Source: Deltaproteobacteria bacterium (GTDB lineage: Bacteria; Myxococcota_A; UBA9160; SMWR01). From it: 18,288 nt of DNA. This document shows, in pieces, positions 1 through 7,205 of the stretch. How positions within the stretch are numbered: the first letter of the stretch is position 1; every line of letters begins with the position of its first letter. The stretch spans positions 1-18,288 of the forward strand of contig JAQBGU010000191.1 of the NCBI GenBank assembly GCA_032128375.1. The letters are read 5' to 3'. Both the position numbers and the translations under genes were made by a program. Under the pieces are notes generated by a model. The model had not been told where the DNA came from. It did not search any database and saw only the letters and a list, made by a program, of their open reading frames with translations.

Positions 1-324
1 GGTCGCGTTGCTCGGTGTCTCCTGCGTCGTCTGGCGAATGATCTCGCTTTCGACTTGCTCTCGCGGCTGCCGCGGACGTCCTCCGCGCGGGAGGTCCTTC
101 TCAATGCCCGCGATGCCCTCTGCAAACCGGTTACGCCAACGCCCCACGGTGTGGACCTTCACGCCGAGTTGGGCGGCGATCTCCTGATTCGACTTCCCCT
201 CCGCAGCCCGCAGAATCATCTTGGCGCGTTGTGCCTGCCGCACGGCAACCTTGCGCCCTCTGGACCATTGCTGAAGGGTTGCCCGTTGACGCTTGGTGAG
301 GCGGATCTCGGCTGCAACGCGCAT
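1..324 (-). CDS. IS630-family transposase, N-terminal HTH part (runs off the window edge; absent from the ORF track)
   Basis: Manual translation from ATG at 324-322: MRVAAEIRLTKRQRATLQQWSRGRKVAVRQAQRAKMILRAAEGKSNQEIAAQLGVKVHTVGRWRNRFAEGIAGIEKDLPRGGRPRQ...ETPSNAT. The RAxxIL..A.G.SN.EIA..LG....TV.RWR.RF...G..G..D.PR.GRP pattern is typical of IS630 N-termini. A GGAGGGGG RBS lies upstream. Confidence 0.9.
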   Translation of the reverse strand, partial: MRVAAEIRLTKRQRATLQQWSRGRKVAVRQAQRAKMILRAAEGKSNQEIAAQLGVKVHTVGRWRNRFAEGIAGIEKDLPRGGRPRQPREQVESEIIRQTTQETPSNAT

Positions 325-402
325 GGTTCCCCCTCCGACCGTTGGCAGGGAGGATAACATGGCCGATCCTATAATGTCCTATAATTATGAATCATATCAC
401 TA
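1..402 (-). mobile_element. Left end of an IS630-family insertion sequence
   Basis: On the minus strand, TA (402-401) is followed by GTGATATGATTCATAATTA, an AT-rich terminus about 76 bp upstream of the transposase start. IS630 elements insert at TA. The partner end is outside the window, so the exact boundary is inferred. Confidence 0.7.
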
Positions 403-429
403 GATAGACCAGGCAGAAAAGCCAGGAGT

Positions 430-1083
430 TCACCCGGTCTGCGAAGCGGGCCGTCGCCACAAGCTCGCGAGCCAGGGTTGCTGGTCGCGCGGTCGGCCCG
501 GGGGGCGATAGTAGTGGCGGACCGGTTCGAAGCCGGCCCCCACCGCGAAATCGCGCCAGTGATCGAAATCGTGATAGGCGCCGTAGCGTCCGCGGTTCCA
601 ACCTTCGTCATTATCGCCGCGCGGGTTCGACGTGAACAGGATGCCACCGACTCGCAAACAATCATGCAACTCTTTCAGCACGCGAGGTAGCTCCTGAGCA
701 GGCACATGGAACAGCGACGCGTTGGCGAACACACCATCGAAGCGAGCGTCGGGCAGACCCAGCGCGAGGAAGTTCTGGTGCCAGACCTCTACGCCCGCGT
801 GTGCGCGCGCCATTTCTGCAAACGCTTCGCTGCCGTCGAGACCGACAGGAAGATGGCCGCGGTCGCGAAAGTCGCGCAGGTCGCGTCCCGGCCCGCAACC
901 AAAATCGAGAATCCGCTGAGGACCGTCACCGCCGATGGCGTCGAGCAACGCTTCGACGTTCTGCGACACGTCGTGGTCGCGCGTCCCTTCCCAGAATTCC
1001 TGCGCGTCGGCGCGATAGTGCTCGAGCGTGCGCTCCGTGATGTCGGCGAGTTCGGGTGTCTCGAGGCTTCGTGTGTGCGGCAT
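430..1083 (-). CDS. Class I SAM-dependent methyltransferase
   Basis: Motif I ILDFGCGPGRD, then GLDGS and FDGVFANASLFHVP. Start taken at ATG 1083 (MPHTRS); the track ORF extends to 1128. Confidence 0.9.
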   Translation of the reverse strand: MPHTRSLETPELADITERTLEHYRADAQEFWEGTRDHDVSQNVEALLDAIGGDGPQRILDFGCGPGRDLRDFRDRGHLPVGLDGSEAFAEMARAHAGVEVWHQNFLALGLPDARFDGVFANASLFHVPAQELPRVLKELHDCLRVGGILFTSNPRGDNDEGWNRGRYGAYHDFDHWRDFAVGAGFEPVRHYYRPPGRPRDQQPWLASLWRRPASQTG

Positions 1084-1256
1084 GAACTCTCTTTTTCGAC
1101 TGGCGGCCGAGTGGTGCGGTCGTTCCACGCGTAGCGGGATTCTACGCGACCCGCGCCGGCCCGCACGCGAATCGCGATGGTTCGATCCATCGAAGACGGG
1201 TTATCGTCAACCATCCAATGGGTCGGTCATTGCCCGGGGTGGTGGATCAGACAGCG

Positions 1257-1801
1257 ATGTCGGAAGAAGCGGTAGACGTTCTGATCGTCGGGGCCGGGGC
1301 CGCCGGCGCGGCCTTTGCATGGAGCCTCGCCGAGACACGCATGAATATCGTATGCCTCGAGCAAGGCGGCTGGATGAAACAGGAGGACTACCCGACGGCG
1401 GGGGTCGACTGGGAAATGCGGCGGCTCGGCGATTTCGGCATGAGCCCGAACTCCCGTCGTCGCAAGGAGGACTACCCGATCAACGACTCGGAGTCGCCGA
1501 TCGCGATTTCGAACTTCAACGCGGTCGGCGCCAGCACGATCCTGTACGCTGCGCATTTTCCGCGCTTCCACCCGGGCGATTTCAAGATCAATACACTCGA
1601 TGGCGTAGGTGACGATTGGCCGGTCGATCATGCACAACTGGCGCCCTACTACGATTTGAACGCGCGCATGATGGGCGTCGCTGGCCTCGCGGGCGACCCC
1701 GCCACCCCGCCGCACGACTTCCCGCTACCGCCCGTCCCATTGGGGAAAGTCGGCGAGACGCTCGCGAAGGGCGACTGATCGAGCGGAACCGGGAGAGGTG
1801 A
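1257..1801 (+). pseudogene. GMC-family flavoprotein oxidoreductase with a large internal deletion
   Basis: FAD-binding VDVLIVGAGAAG, CLEQG, NAVGASTILYAAHFPRFHPGDF and DDWPV..LAPYYD are present. The frame stops at 1776-1778 after about 173 aa, whereas the family is ~500+ aa. A shifted frame gives RLIERNRER* (ending 1801), which resembles a GMC C-terminus. Confidence 0.75.
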
Positions 1802-1847
1802 TTGCTGATGTTGCAGATTGAAATCGCGACGCGATGAGGGGCAGACC

Positions 1848-2184
1848 ATGAGTGAAGCCGTAAACCATTCTCAATTCAGCGATGACCAAAAGCGCGCGTT
1901 GAGTTGTGTATGGGCTCGCACAAGGCCGTAGTGGACCGGGCTTCGCAGCCCTGCCCGAGGCGCAGCGCTCGCAAGTGCTCGACGAACTCTCGACCACGCA
2001 CCCCGCGTTCCTTCCCAGTCTGATTTTCCACACCTACGTGGGCTACTACCAGGAACCGCGAATCGTGGCAGCGCTTGGAATGGAAACGCACCCCCCCTAC
2101 CCGAAGGGCTTTCCGATGGAACCGGGCGACCTCTCGCTCCTCGACGTGGTGAAGAAGCGTCCGAAGATGTTCCGCGCAGTGTAA
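1848..2184 (+). pseudogene. Gluconate-2-dehydrogenase subunit-3-like partner protein, frameshifted or internally deleted
   Basis: A GAGGGG RBS and ATG 1848 give MSEAVNHSQFSDDQKRALSCV..., stopping at 1929-1931. Another frame from ~1910 gives GFAALPEAQRSQVL...GYYQEPRIVAALG...PPYPKGF...DLSLLDVVKKR, typical of the small subunit encoded beside GMC genes. Confidence 0.6.
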
Positions 2185-2313
2185 CCGCGCGTATCGCACT
2201 CTCTACGACATGCTGATCGCCGACTCGGGTGCGCGGTGTCCCGTGCCTCGTGCTGCGGGCGTGCGGTCGGGCGACTACGTGCGCCGGATCGCGCGGTTTG
2301 CGATACCCCACCA

Positions 2314-3714
2314 ATGGAAAAGCCGCTCGGCCCGGAAATCGCATCCGAACTGTTGGATCTGCGCGACAAGCCGCCGGAACCGCTGGCAGCTTCGCCGCAG
2401 GCGCTCGGAGTCTGGGAACTCGCCTGGCCCACGATCATCAGCTTCGCGACCCAAACCGCAGTGCGCTGGGCCGACTTCGCAATGGTGGGCTCGCTCGGTA
2501 CCGACGCGCTCGCCGCGGTGGGTCTCGGTGGCCAGATCTACTGGCTGGTGCAGAGTGTCGGAGCGCTGGTGCCGACGGGACTGGTCGCGGTGTTGGCGCG
2601 CGCGATCGGCGCCGGGGATAGCGATCTCGCCGACGCAACGCTGCGCCAGGGTCTGATCCTGTCGACGGTCATCGGGCTCGTCACTACGTTCGCGCTGCTT
2701 CCCTTTTGCGATGTTGCAATCGAGATCTACGGCGTCGAACCCGCCGTCGTGGCGCACGGCTCCGAGTACGTGTTCTGGCTGCTTTGGGGAACCGTTCCGA
2801 TGGCTACCTCGATGGTCTTCGGCACGGCACTTCGGGCCGCGGGAGATGCGCGCTCGCCGCTGTACATCGGTGTGTTGGTGAATCTGATCAATGTGGGCCT
2901 CAACTGGCTGTTGATCTACGGAAACCTCGGGTTCCCGGCGCTGGGCGTCGCGGGCGCGGCGATGGCGTCGAGTCTCGCGATGTTCTTGCAGATAGTTTTG
3001 TTCTGGTGGCTCTGGCGTCGGGGGCGGTTCATTTTGCGCCGGGGCACAGCGAGTTCTCGACTGGACTTTGCTCTGATGCGTCGGATCTCGATTGTCGGTT
3101 ACCCAGCGGCATTCGAGGGTGTCGCGTTTCAGGTTGGCCTGCTCGCGTTTCAGCGGATCATGAGCGTCTACGGCACGGCTGCGATCGCGGCGTACAACGT
3201 CGGCGCGCAAATCCTGTCCTTGTCGTTCCTGCCCGGTATTGGTTTTGCGACAGCCGCCGGGACGTTGGTTGGGCAGTACCTGGGCAGCGGTTCACCCGCT
3301 GCAGCTGAACGCTCTGGTTGGCGCGCGACGGTTGGGGCGATTGTCAGCATGTCGGCGATGGGCGGCGTGGTGCTGCTGTTTCGCGAACCGCTCGCTCGCT
3401 CGTTTACTGACGACCCCGAGGTGATTCGGCTGACGATTGCATTCGTCTGGATCGTCACGCTGGTGCAGCCGATGATGGCGGTGGAGTTTGCGATCGGCGG
3501 TGCACTGCGCGGCGCCGGCGACACGTTGTTCCCGCTGGTCGTGATTTTCGTGGGTCTGTTCGTGTGTCGGCTGATGCCGGCGACGGCGATGGTGACGTGG
3601 TGGGATGTAACAGTCGAAATGGTCTGGTGTGCGCTGATCGCGGATTGGACCGTCAAGGCGGGGATGTTGGCGGTGAGATATCGGAAAGGGCGGTGGAAGG
3701 AAATGGAGGTCTAG
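2314..3714 (+). CDS. MATE-family efflux transporter
   Basis: Motifs LAWP, D..MVGSLG..ALAAVGLG, LRAAGDARSPL, NWLLIYGNLGFPALGVAGAA.A and LRGAGDT, with about 12 hydrophobic segments. Start taken at ATG 2314; the track ORF starts at 2236. Confidence 0.93.
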   Translation: MEKPLGPEIASELLDLRDKPPEPLAASPQALGVWELAWPTIISFATQTAVRWADFAMVGSLGTDALAAVGLGGQIYWLVQSVGALVPTGLVAVLARAIGAGDSDLADATLRQGLILSTVIGLVTTFALLPFCDVAIEIYGVEPAVVAHGSEYVFWLLWGTVPMATSMVFGTALRAAGDARSPLYIGVLVNLINVGLNWLLIYGNLGFPALGVAGAAMASSLAMFLQIVLFWWLWRRGRFILRRGTASSRLDFALMRRISIVGYPAAFEGVAFQVGLLAFQRIMSVYGTAAIAAYNVGAQILSLSFLPGIGFATAAGTLVGQYLGSGSPAAAERSGWRATVGAIVSMSAMGGVVLLFREPLARSFTDDPEVIRLTIAFVWIVTLVQPMMAVEFAIGGALRGAGDTLFPLVVIFVGLFVCRLMPATAMVTWWDVTVEMVWCALIADWTVKAGMLAVRYRKGRWKEMEV

Positions 3715-3813
3715 ACCCCGATTGGACGAGTTGGTTGACCGCTAGGACTTCTGGGCGGATCCGGGGTCTTGACCTGGGTGGAGCGTGGCGGGGCGAGGGC
3801 GTGGCCTACTCCG
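3706..3813. repeat. REP-like repeat, left part: inverted 17-mer (3706-3722) plus one ~70 bp unit (3744-3813)
   Basis: GAGGTCTAGACCCCGAT (3706-3722) is the reverse complement of ATCGGGGTCT(T/C)GACCTC at 8334-8350 and 8402-8418 (16/17 matches). The 3744-3813 unit AGGACTTCTGGGCGGATCCGGGGTCTTGACCTGGGTGGAGCGTGGCGGGGCG...TACTCCG matches the units at 8331-8430. Confidence 0.85.
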
Positions 3814-3902
3814 TTGGCCCAGTCTCGCCCTCGAAACCCGGCAGATGAGGTCCACTATGTCCCGGGTTTACGGGAGCATGTTGCCGGCGCGAGTCGAAAC
3901 GA

Positions 3903-3934
3903 ACCTTGAAGTCAGATTGAAGGTCAGGTAGAAG
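3903..3934 (+). promoter_or_regulatory. MerR-family operator overlapping the putative merR promoter (probably leaderless mRNA)
   Basis: Dyad ACCTTGAA-GTCAGA-TTGAAGGT at 3903-3924 (7/8 symmetric). TTGAAG (3906-3911), a 17 bp spacer and TAGAAG (3929-3934) end 7 nt before ATG 3942. No clear SD sequence. Confidence 0.6.
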
Positions 3935-3941
3935 GTCGCGT

Positions 3942-4349
3942 ATGGCAACGGAACTCACCATAGGCGAGCTCGCCAACGCGGCGGGCGTGCCCACCTCGAC
4001 TGTTCGCTACTACGAGCGGGCCGGAATTCTCGCGCCGAGCGGGCGGAGTGCGGGGAACTACCGCGTCTATTCCGAGGCCGAACTCGAACGACTGCGGTTC
4101 ATCCGCGCAGCACAGGCCACTGGTTTCACGCTGGACGACATCAAGGCGCTTCTTCGGCCTGCAGCCTGCGGCAAGGTGCAGGGTCTTATCGAGGAACGCC
4201 TCGGCCAGGTTGCCGAGCGGATGTCCGAGCTGAGGCGCGTGCAGCGTGTTCTAAAGGGCGCTCTCGCCGAATGCCTCGAACACGAGGAGAGCGGGCGCTG
4301 CCGGGTCATCGAGACTCTAAGTGCCGCGGCCGGCCGTCGAACCTCCTAG
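3942..4349 (+). CDS. merR: Hg(II)-responsive MerR-family transcriptional regulator
   Basis: MerR HTH LTIGELANAAGV..STVRYYER.G...NYRVY and GFTLDDIK.LL. Its only three Cys (C76, C111, C120) have the same 35/9 spacing as C82/C117/C126 of Tn21/Tn501 MerR. It lies directly upstream of mer genes. Confidence 0.88.
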   Translation: MATELTIGELANAAGVPTSTVRYYERAGILAPSGRSAGNYRVYSEAELERLRFIRAAQATGFTLDDIKALLRPAACGKVQGLIEERLGQVAERMSELRRVQRVLKGALAECLEHEESGRCRVIETLSAAAGRRTS

Positions 4350-4539
4350 ACCCTATGGAGTGACCGGCTCCATTCGCAAAACTCGTGATCAAGAAGAAAC
4401 GAGTACGGGCCCGTAGGGCCCTTTGATCGCGGGTTGCCGCCGAGGCGGTAGAGCCCTGTCCTCGAGGCCTCTCCAGCCCAGCGACTGAGCCCGTAACTGC
4501 CGGCAACCGCTCGGCTTTGCGGATTCTTCCAGAAAGCCC

Positions 4540-4571
4540 TTTACCTTGCACCCAGGTTCAAGCCGTAAAGT
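4540..4571 (+). promoter_or_regulatory. MerR-type long-spacer promoter/operator of the mer structural operon
   Basis: -35 TTTACC (4540-4545), 20 bp spacer, -10 TAAAGT (4566-4571). The dyad CTTGCACC-CA-GGTTCAAG (4545-4562) fills the spacer. 4543-4564 is 15/22 identical to the dyad at 3903-3924. Confidence 0.7.
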
Positions 4572-4611
4572 CTAGCAGTGGTGGGGATTCGCGCGCGCCA
4601 CGAAGAGAGGA

Positions 4612-5256
4612 ATGGAGTTGATGAACAACGAACCCGAACCGAGCGGGCGATGGGCGACAGGTGGGGCGATTGCAGCCGCCGTGGTCGCGTCATCGTGCTG
4701 CATGCTTCCCCTCGTTTTTGGCGCCGCCGGAATTTCAACCGTTGCGCTAGCCGGCGCGTTTGAGTCCGCACGGCCCTACATGCTCGGCGTCACCATTGTC
4801 CTTCTCGGTCTGGGCTTCTACTACAACTACTTTCGAAAGGCTGCGTGCGAGCCTGGCGACGCGTGTAAGACCCCGCGCCCGGGCCTTCGACGCATGAATC
4901 GGACGATGCTCTGGCTCGCCACGGTGGCGGTCGTCGCGCTCGCGTTCTTTCCCTCCTACGCGTTCGTGTTCGCGGGTAGTGAAACCCCGGCGGTTTCCGG
5001 CGTTGAATCCATCGACTCCAAGCAGGTGGTTCTCGAAGTCAGCGGTATGACGTGCGAAGCCTGCACGGTGAGCGTGCAAAACGAGCTCGCCGCAGTCCCT
5101 GGGGTTCTTCGCTCCGAAGTCGACTTTCGAGCCGGGAAGGCGGTCGTCTTGTTTCAAGCTGACTCGGCTCCGAGCGCGAGCGATTTGCTGTCTGCGGTCA
5201 GCCGCGCTGGATACTCGGCAGTTGTCGCCTCTTCCGCTCGGGGAGCTGAGGGATGA
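4612..5256 (+). CDS. merT: Mercuric transporter MerT fused to a C-terminal HMA (MerP-like) domain
   Basis: ASSCCMLPLV in TM1, RPY, a cytoplasmic CEPGDAC pair, a third TM, then an HMA domain VSGMTCEAC...VPGV...AGY. The stop overlaps the merA start (ATGA). RBS GAGAGGA; ATG 4621 is an alternative start. Confidence 0.9.
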   Translation: MELMNNEPEPSGRWATGGAIAAAVVASSCCMLPLVFGAAGISTVALAGAFESARPYMLGVTIVLLGLGFYYNYFRKAACEPGDACKTPRPGLRRMNRTMLWLATVAVVALAFFPSYAFVFAGSETPAVSGVESIDSKQVVLEVSGMTCEACTVSVQNELAAVPGVLRSEVDFRAGKAVVLFQADSAPSASDLLSAVSRAGYSAVVASSARGAEG

Positions 5257-6686
5257 GCGATTGCTGTGCGAACGACCTGACGGACGAGCGGTCATTTGAC
5301 CTGGCCGTCATCGGTGGCGGCTCGGCAGCGTTCGCCGCGACGCTCCGCGCGACTGAACTCGGAGCCACCGTGCTTCTCGTAAACGAGGGCACGATTGGTG
5401 GCACCTGCGTGAACATCGGCTGTGTTCCCTCGAAGACGCTCATCCGAGCTGCCGAGAACTTCCACTGGAATCAGCTTTCTCGGTTTCGTGGGGTCAAACC
5501 GAGTCCTGGAAGCATCGACTTTCGGTTGCTGATGGAGGAGAAGAACGCACTCGTTGAGAGCCTTCGGACAGCCAAGTATGCAGACGTTCTCTCACGCCTC
5601 TCTGGTGTTCGCTTTCTAGAGGGCAAGGCGAAGCTCACCGGACGGAACGAATTGGAGGTGTCGGGGGAGCGCTTCGAGGCCGGGAAGATGGTCATTGCCA
5701 CCGGCACGCGACCCGTTTTTCCGGCCATCCCTGGACTCGCCGAGGCGGCTGTCTGGGACAGCACGCAGGCGCTCGATGCGCCGTTTCTTCCGGAGCGACT
5801 CATCGTGCTCGGGGGGAGTTATATCGCGCTCGAGCTCGGTCAGATGTTTTCTCGCCTGGGAAGCGAGGTCACGATTCTGCAGCGCAGTGCACATGTGCTC
5901 TCAGGAGAAGACCGCGACGTCGCAGAGGGTGTGACGCGGTTTCTCCGCGAAGAGGGAATCGAGATTCTTACCGGACAGAAGCTGCAGTCGGTCGAACGGC
6001 TGGGCGACGGTTTCGTAGTGGATGCAGCGGGAAACGCCGAGGTTGTCGCCCACAGCGCTGATGCCGTGGTATCAGCTCTTGGACGTCGTGCGAACACCGA
6101 AGCGCTCGAACTCGATGCCGGTGGCGTAGAACTCGACGCTCGCGGCTTCGTTCGCGTAGGCGACGACCTCGAGACGACTCAGGCGGGTATCTACGCCGCG
6201 GGCGACGTCCTGGGTGAGCCTGCCTTCGTCTACGCCGCAGCCTATGAGGGCTCACTTGCCGCCGAGAACGCACTCTTGGGAGAGGCTAAGAGGCGCGACT
6301 ACACAGCGATTCCGTGGGTGGTGTTCACGGACCCGCAGGTGTCCGGAGTGGGCCTCAGCGAGCGCCAGGCCGCCGAGTCCGGAATCGAGGTGGACGTCTC
6401 GGTGCTCCCCCTTGAACACGTTCCGCGGGCCGTCGCGGCGCGTGACACGCGAGGATTCGTAAAGCTGCTCCGTAAGAGCGGAACGGACCATCTGGTTGGT
6501 GCTCGGATTGTGGCTCCGGAAGGCTCAGAGCAGATAATGGAAGCGAGCTTGATGATTCGGTTCGGACTTCCTGTTTCCGAAGTCGCCAAGCACTTCCACC
6601 CCTATCTAACGCAAGGCGAAGCAATGAAGCTCGCCATGCTCTCCTTTGACACGGACGTGGAGTCTCTCTCGTGTTGCGCCGGCTAA
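5253..6686 (+). CDS. merA: Mercuric reductase without an N-terminal NmerA domain
   Basis: FDLAVIGGGSAAFAA, redox centre GGTCVNIGCVPSK, FVYAAA, VVFTDPQV, FHPYLT and the MerA-diagnostic C-terminal LSCCAG. Confidence 0.97.
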   Translation: MSDCCANDLTDERSFDLAVIGGGSAAFAATLRATELGATVLLVNEGTIGGTCVNIGCVPSKTLIRAAENFHWNQLSRFRGVKPSPGSIDFRLLMEEKNALVESLRTAKYADVLSRLSGVRFLEGKAKLTGRNELEVSGERFEAGKMVIATGTRPVFPAIPGLAEAAVWDSTQALDAPFLPERLIVLGGSYIALELGQMFSRLGSEVTILQRSAHVLSGEDRDVAEGVTRFLREEGIEILTGQKLQSVERLGDGFVVDAAGNAEVVAHSADAVVSALGRRANTEALELDAGGVELDARGFVRVGDDLETTQAGIYAAGDVLGEPAFVYAAAYEGSLAAENALLGEAKRRDYTAIPWVVFTDPQVSGVGLSERQAAESGIEVDVSVLPLEHVPRAVAARDTRGFVKLLRKSGTDHLVGARIVAPEGSEQIMEASLMIRFGLPVSEVAKHFHPYLTQGEAMKLAMLSFDTDVESLSCCAG

Positions 6687-6973
6687 TCCGCTCCGTCGCC
6701 GTCGTGCTGGTGCTGTCGCTCGGCGCGAACTCACACTCTGCGGATGCGTCCGATGCCCTTCAGACCTGGGTCTTTAGCGTCGAAGGCATGACGTGAGGCG
6801 GATGCGTCAAGTCGGTCCGTGAGGCCGCTCTGAGTGTTGAGGGCGTCACAGAAGCAGATGTGAGCTTGCGCGAGAAGACGGCGAGGGTCACGGCGCGAGA
6901 GGGAACGACGTGGGATGCGGTCAAGAGAGCTATCGAGTCGGCCGGATACCGCGCGGAGCTAGCGGATGAATGA
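6671..6973 (+). CDS. Exported MerP-like HMA-domain protein with in-frame TGA (predicted selenocysteine U42, UxxC motif); absent from the ORF track
   Basis: GGAG (6659-6662) precedes GTG 6671. Translation: MLRRLIRSVAVVLVLSLGANSHSADASDALQTWVFSVEGMT*GGCVKSVREAALSVEGVTEADVSLREKTARVTAREGTTWDAVKRAIESAGYRAELADE. TGA 6794-6796 occupies the first Cys of GMTCxxC. The N-terminus looks like a signal peptide. The start overlaps merA and the final stop overlaps merF. Confidence 0.88.
6801..6838 (+). promoter_or_regulatory. Candidate bacterial SECIS element for the MerP-like UGA
   Basis: Hand-folded. Upper stem CGGUC (6813-6817)/GGCCG (6823-6827), loop CGUGA (6818-6822), bulged U6812, AG/CU pairs, lower stem GAUGCGUCA (6801-6809)/UGAGUGUU (6831-6838). 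The loop begins 21 nt after the UGA. Confidence 0.7.
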
Positions 6974-7205
6974 ACGAAACCTGCTTGGAATCGGAATTAC
7001 TGGAACGATCGTTGCCGCGCTTTGCTGCTTCACGCCAGTTCTCGTGGTCTTGCTTGGCGCGGTCGGCCTGTCAGCGATTGTTGGGTGGCTCGACTACGTG
7101 CTGCTGCCTGCACTCGCGGCCTTCGTTGCACTGACGGTCCACGCCGTTACGCGGCGCCGGCGAGCGCTGGCGGCTTCTTCGTCAGCTGAGGTCGGGAGCG
7201 AATGA
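6966..7205 (+). CDS. merF: Mercury transport protein MerF
   Basis: GTIVAALCCFTPVLVVLLGAVGLSAIVGWLDYVLLPAL is a near-consensus MerF sequence. The stop overlaps the merB start (ATGA). Confidence 0.93.
   Translation: MNERNLLGIGITGTIVAALCCFTPVLVVLLGAVGLSAIVGWLDYVLLPALAAFVALTVHAVTRRRRALAASSSAEVGSE

Noticed and set aside
55..357. Plus-strand 100-aa ORF and the many other overlapping ORFs in the track (e.g. 2275-3210, 10810-11928, 7964-8563, 16318-16695)
   Set aside because: They are antisense or off-frame shadows of well-supported genes, IS remnants or repeats, with no recognisable motifs.
368..386. Tandem CCTATAAT (two perfect -10 hexamers) in the IS630 end as an outward-facing promoter
   Set aside because: No properly spaced -35 is evident and it would point antisense into the methyltransferase 3' end. 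It cannot be supported from sequence alone.
1776..1778. TGA in the GMC gene as a third selenocysteine codon
   Set aside because: It is not at a recognisable Cys position, the frame hits another TGA ten codons later, and no GMC sequence continues in frame.
5062..5078. Hairpin TGCACG-GTGAG-CGTGCA after the CxxC of the MerT-fused HMA domain as a relic SECIS
   Set aside because: The codon is TGC, the loop is only 12 nt from it, and it lacks the CGNGA loop. It also shows that hairpins arise easily in this GC-rich DNA, so the SECIS calls rest on position and shared motif.
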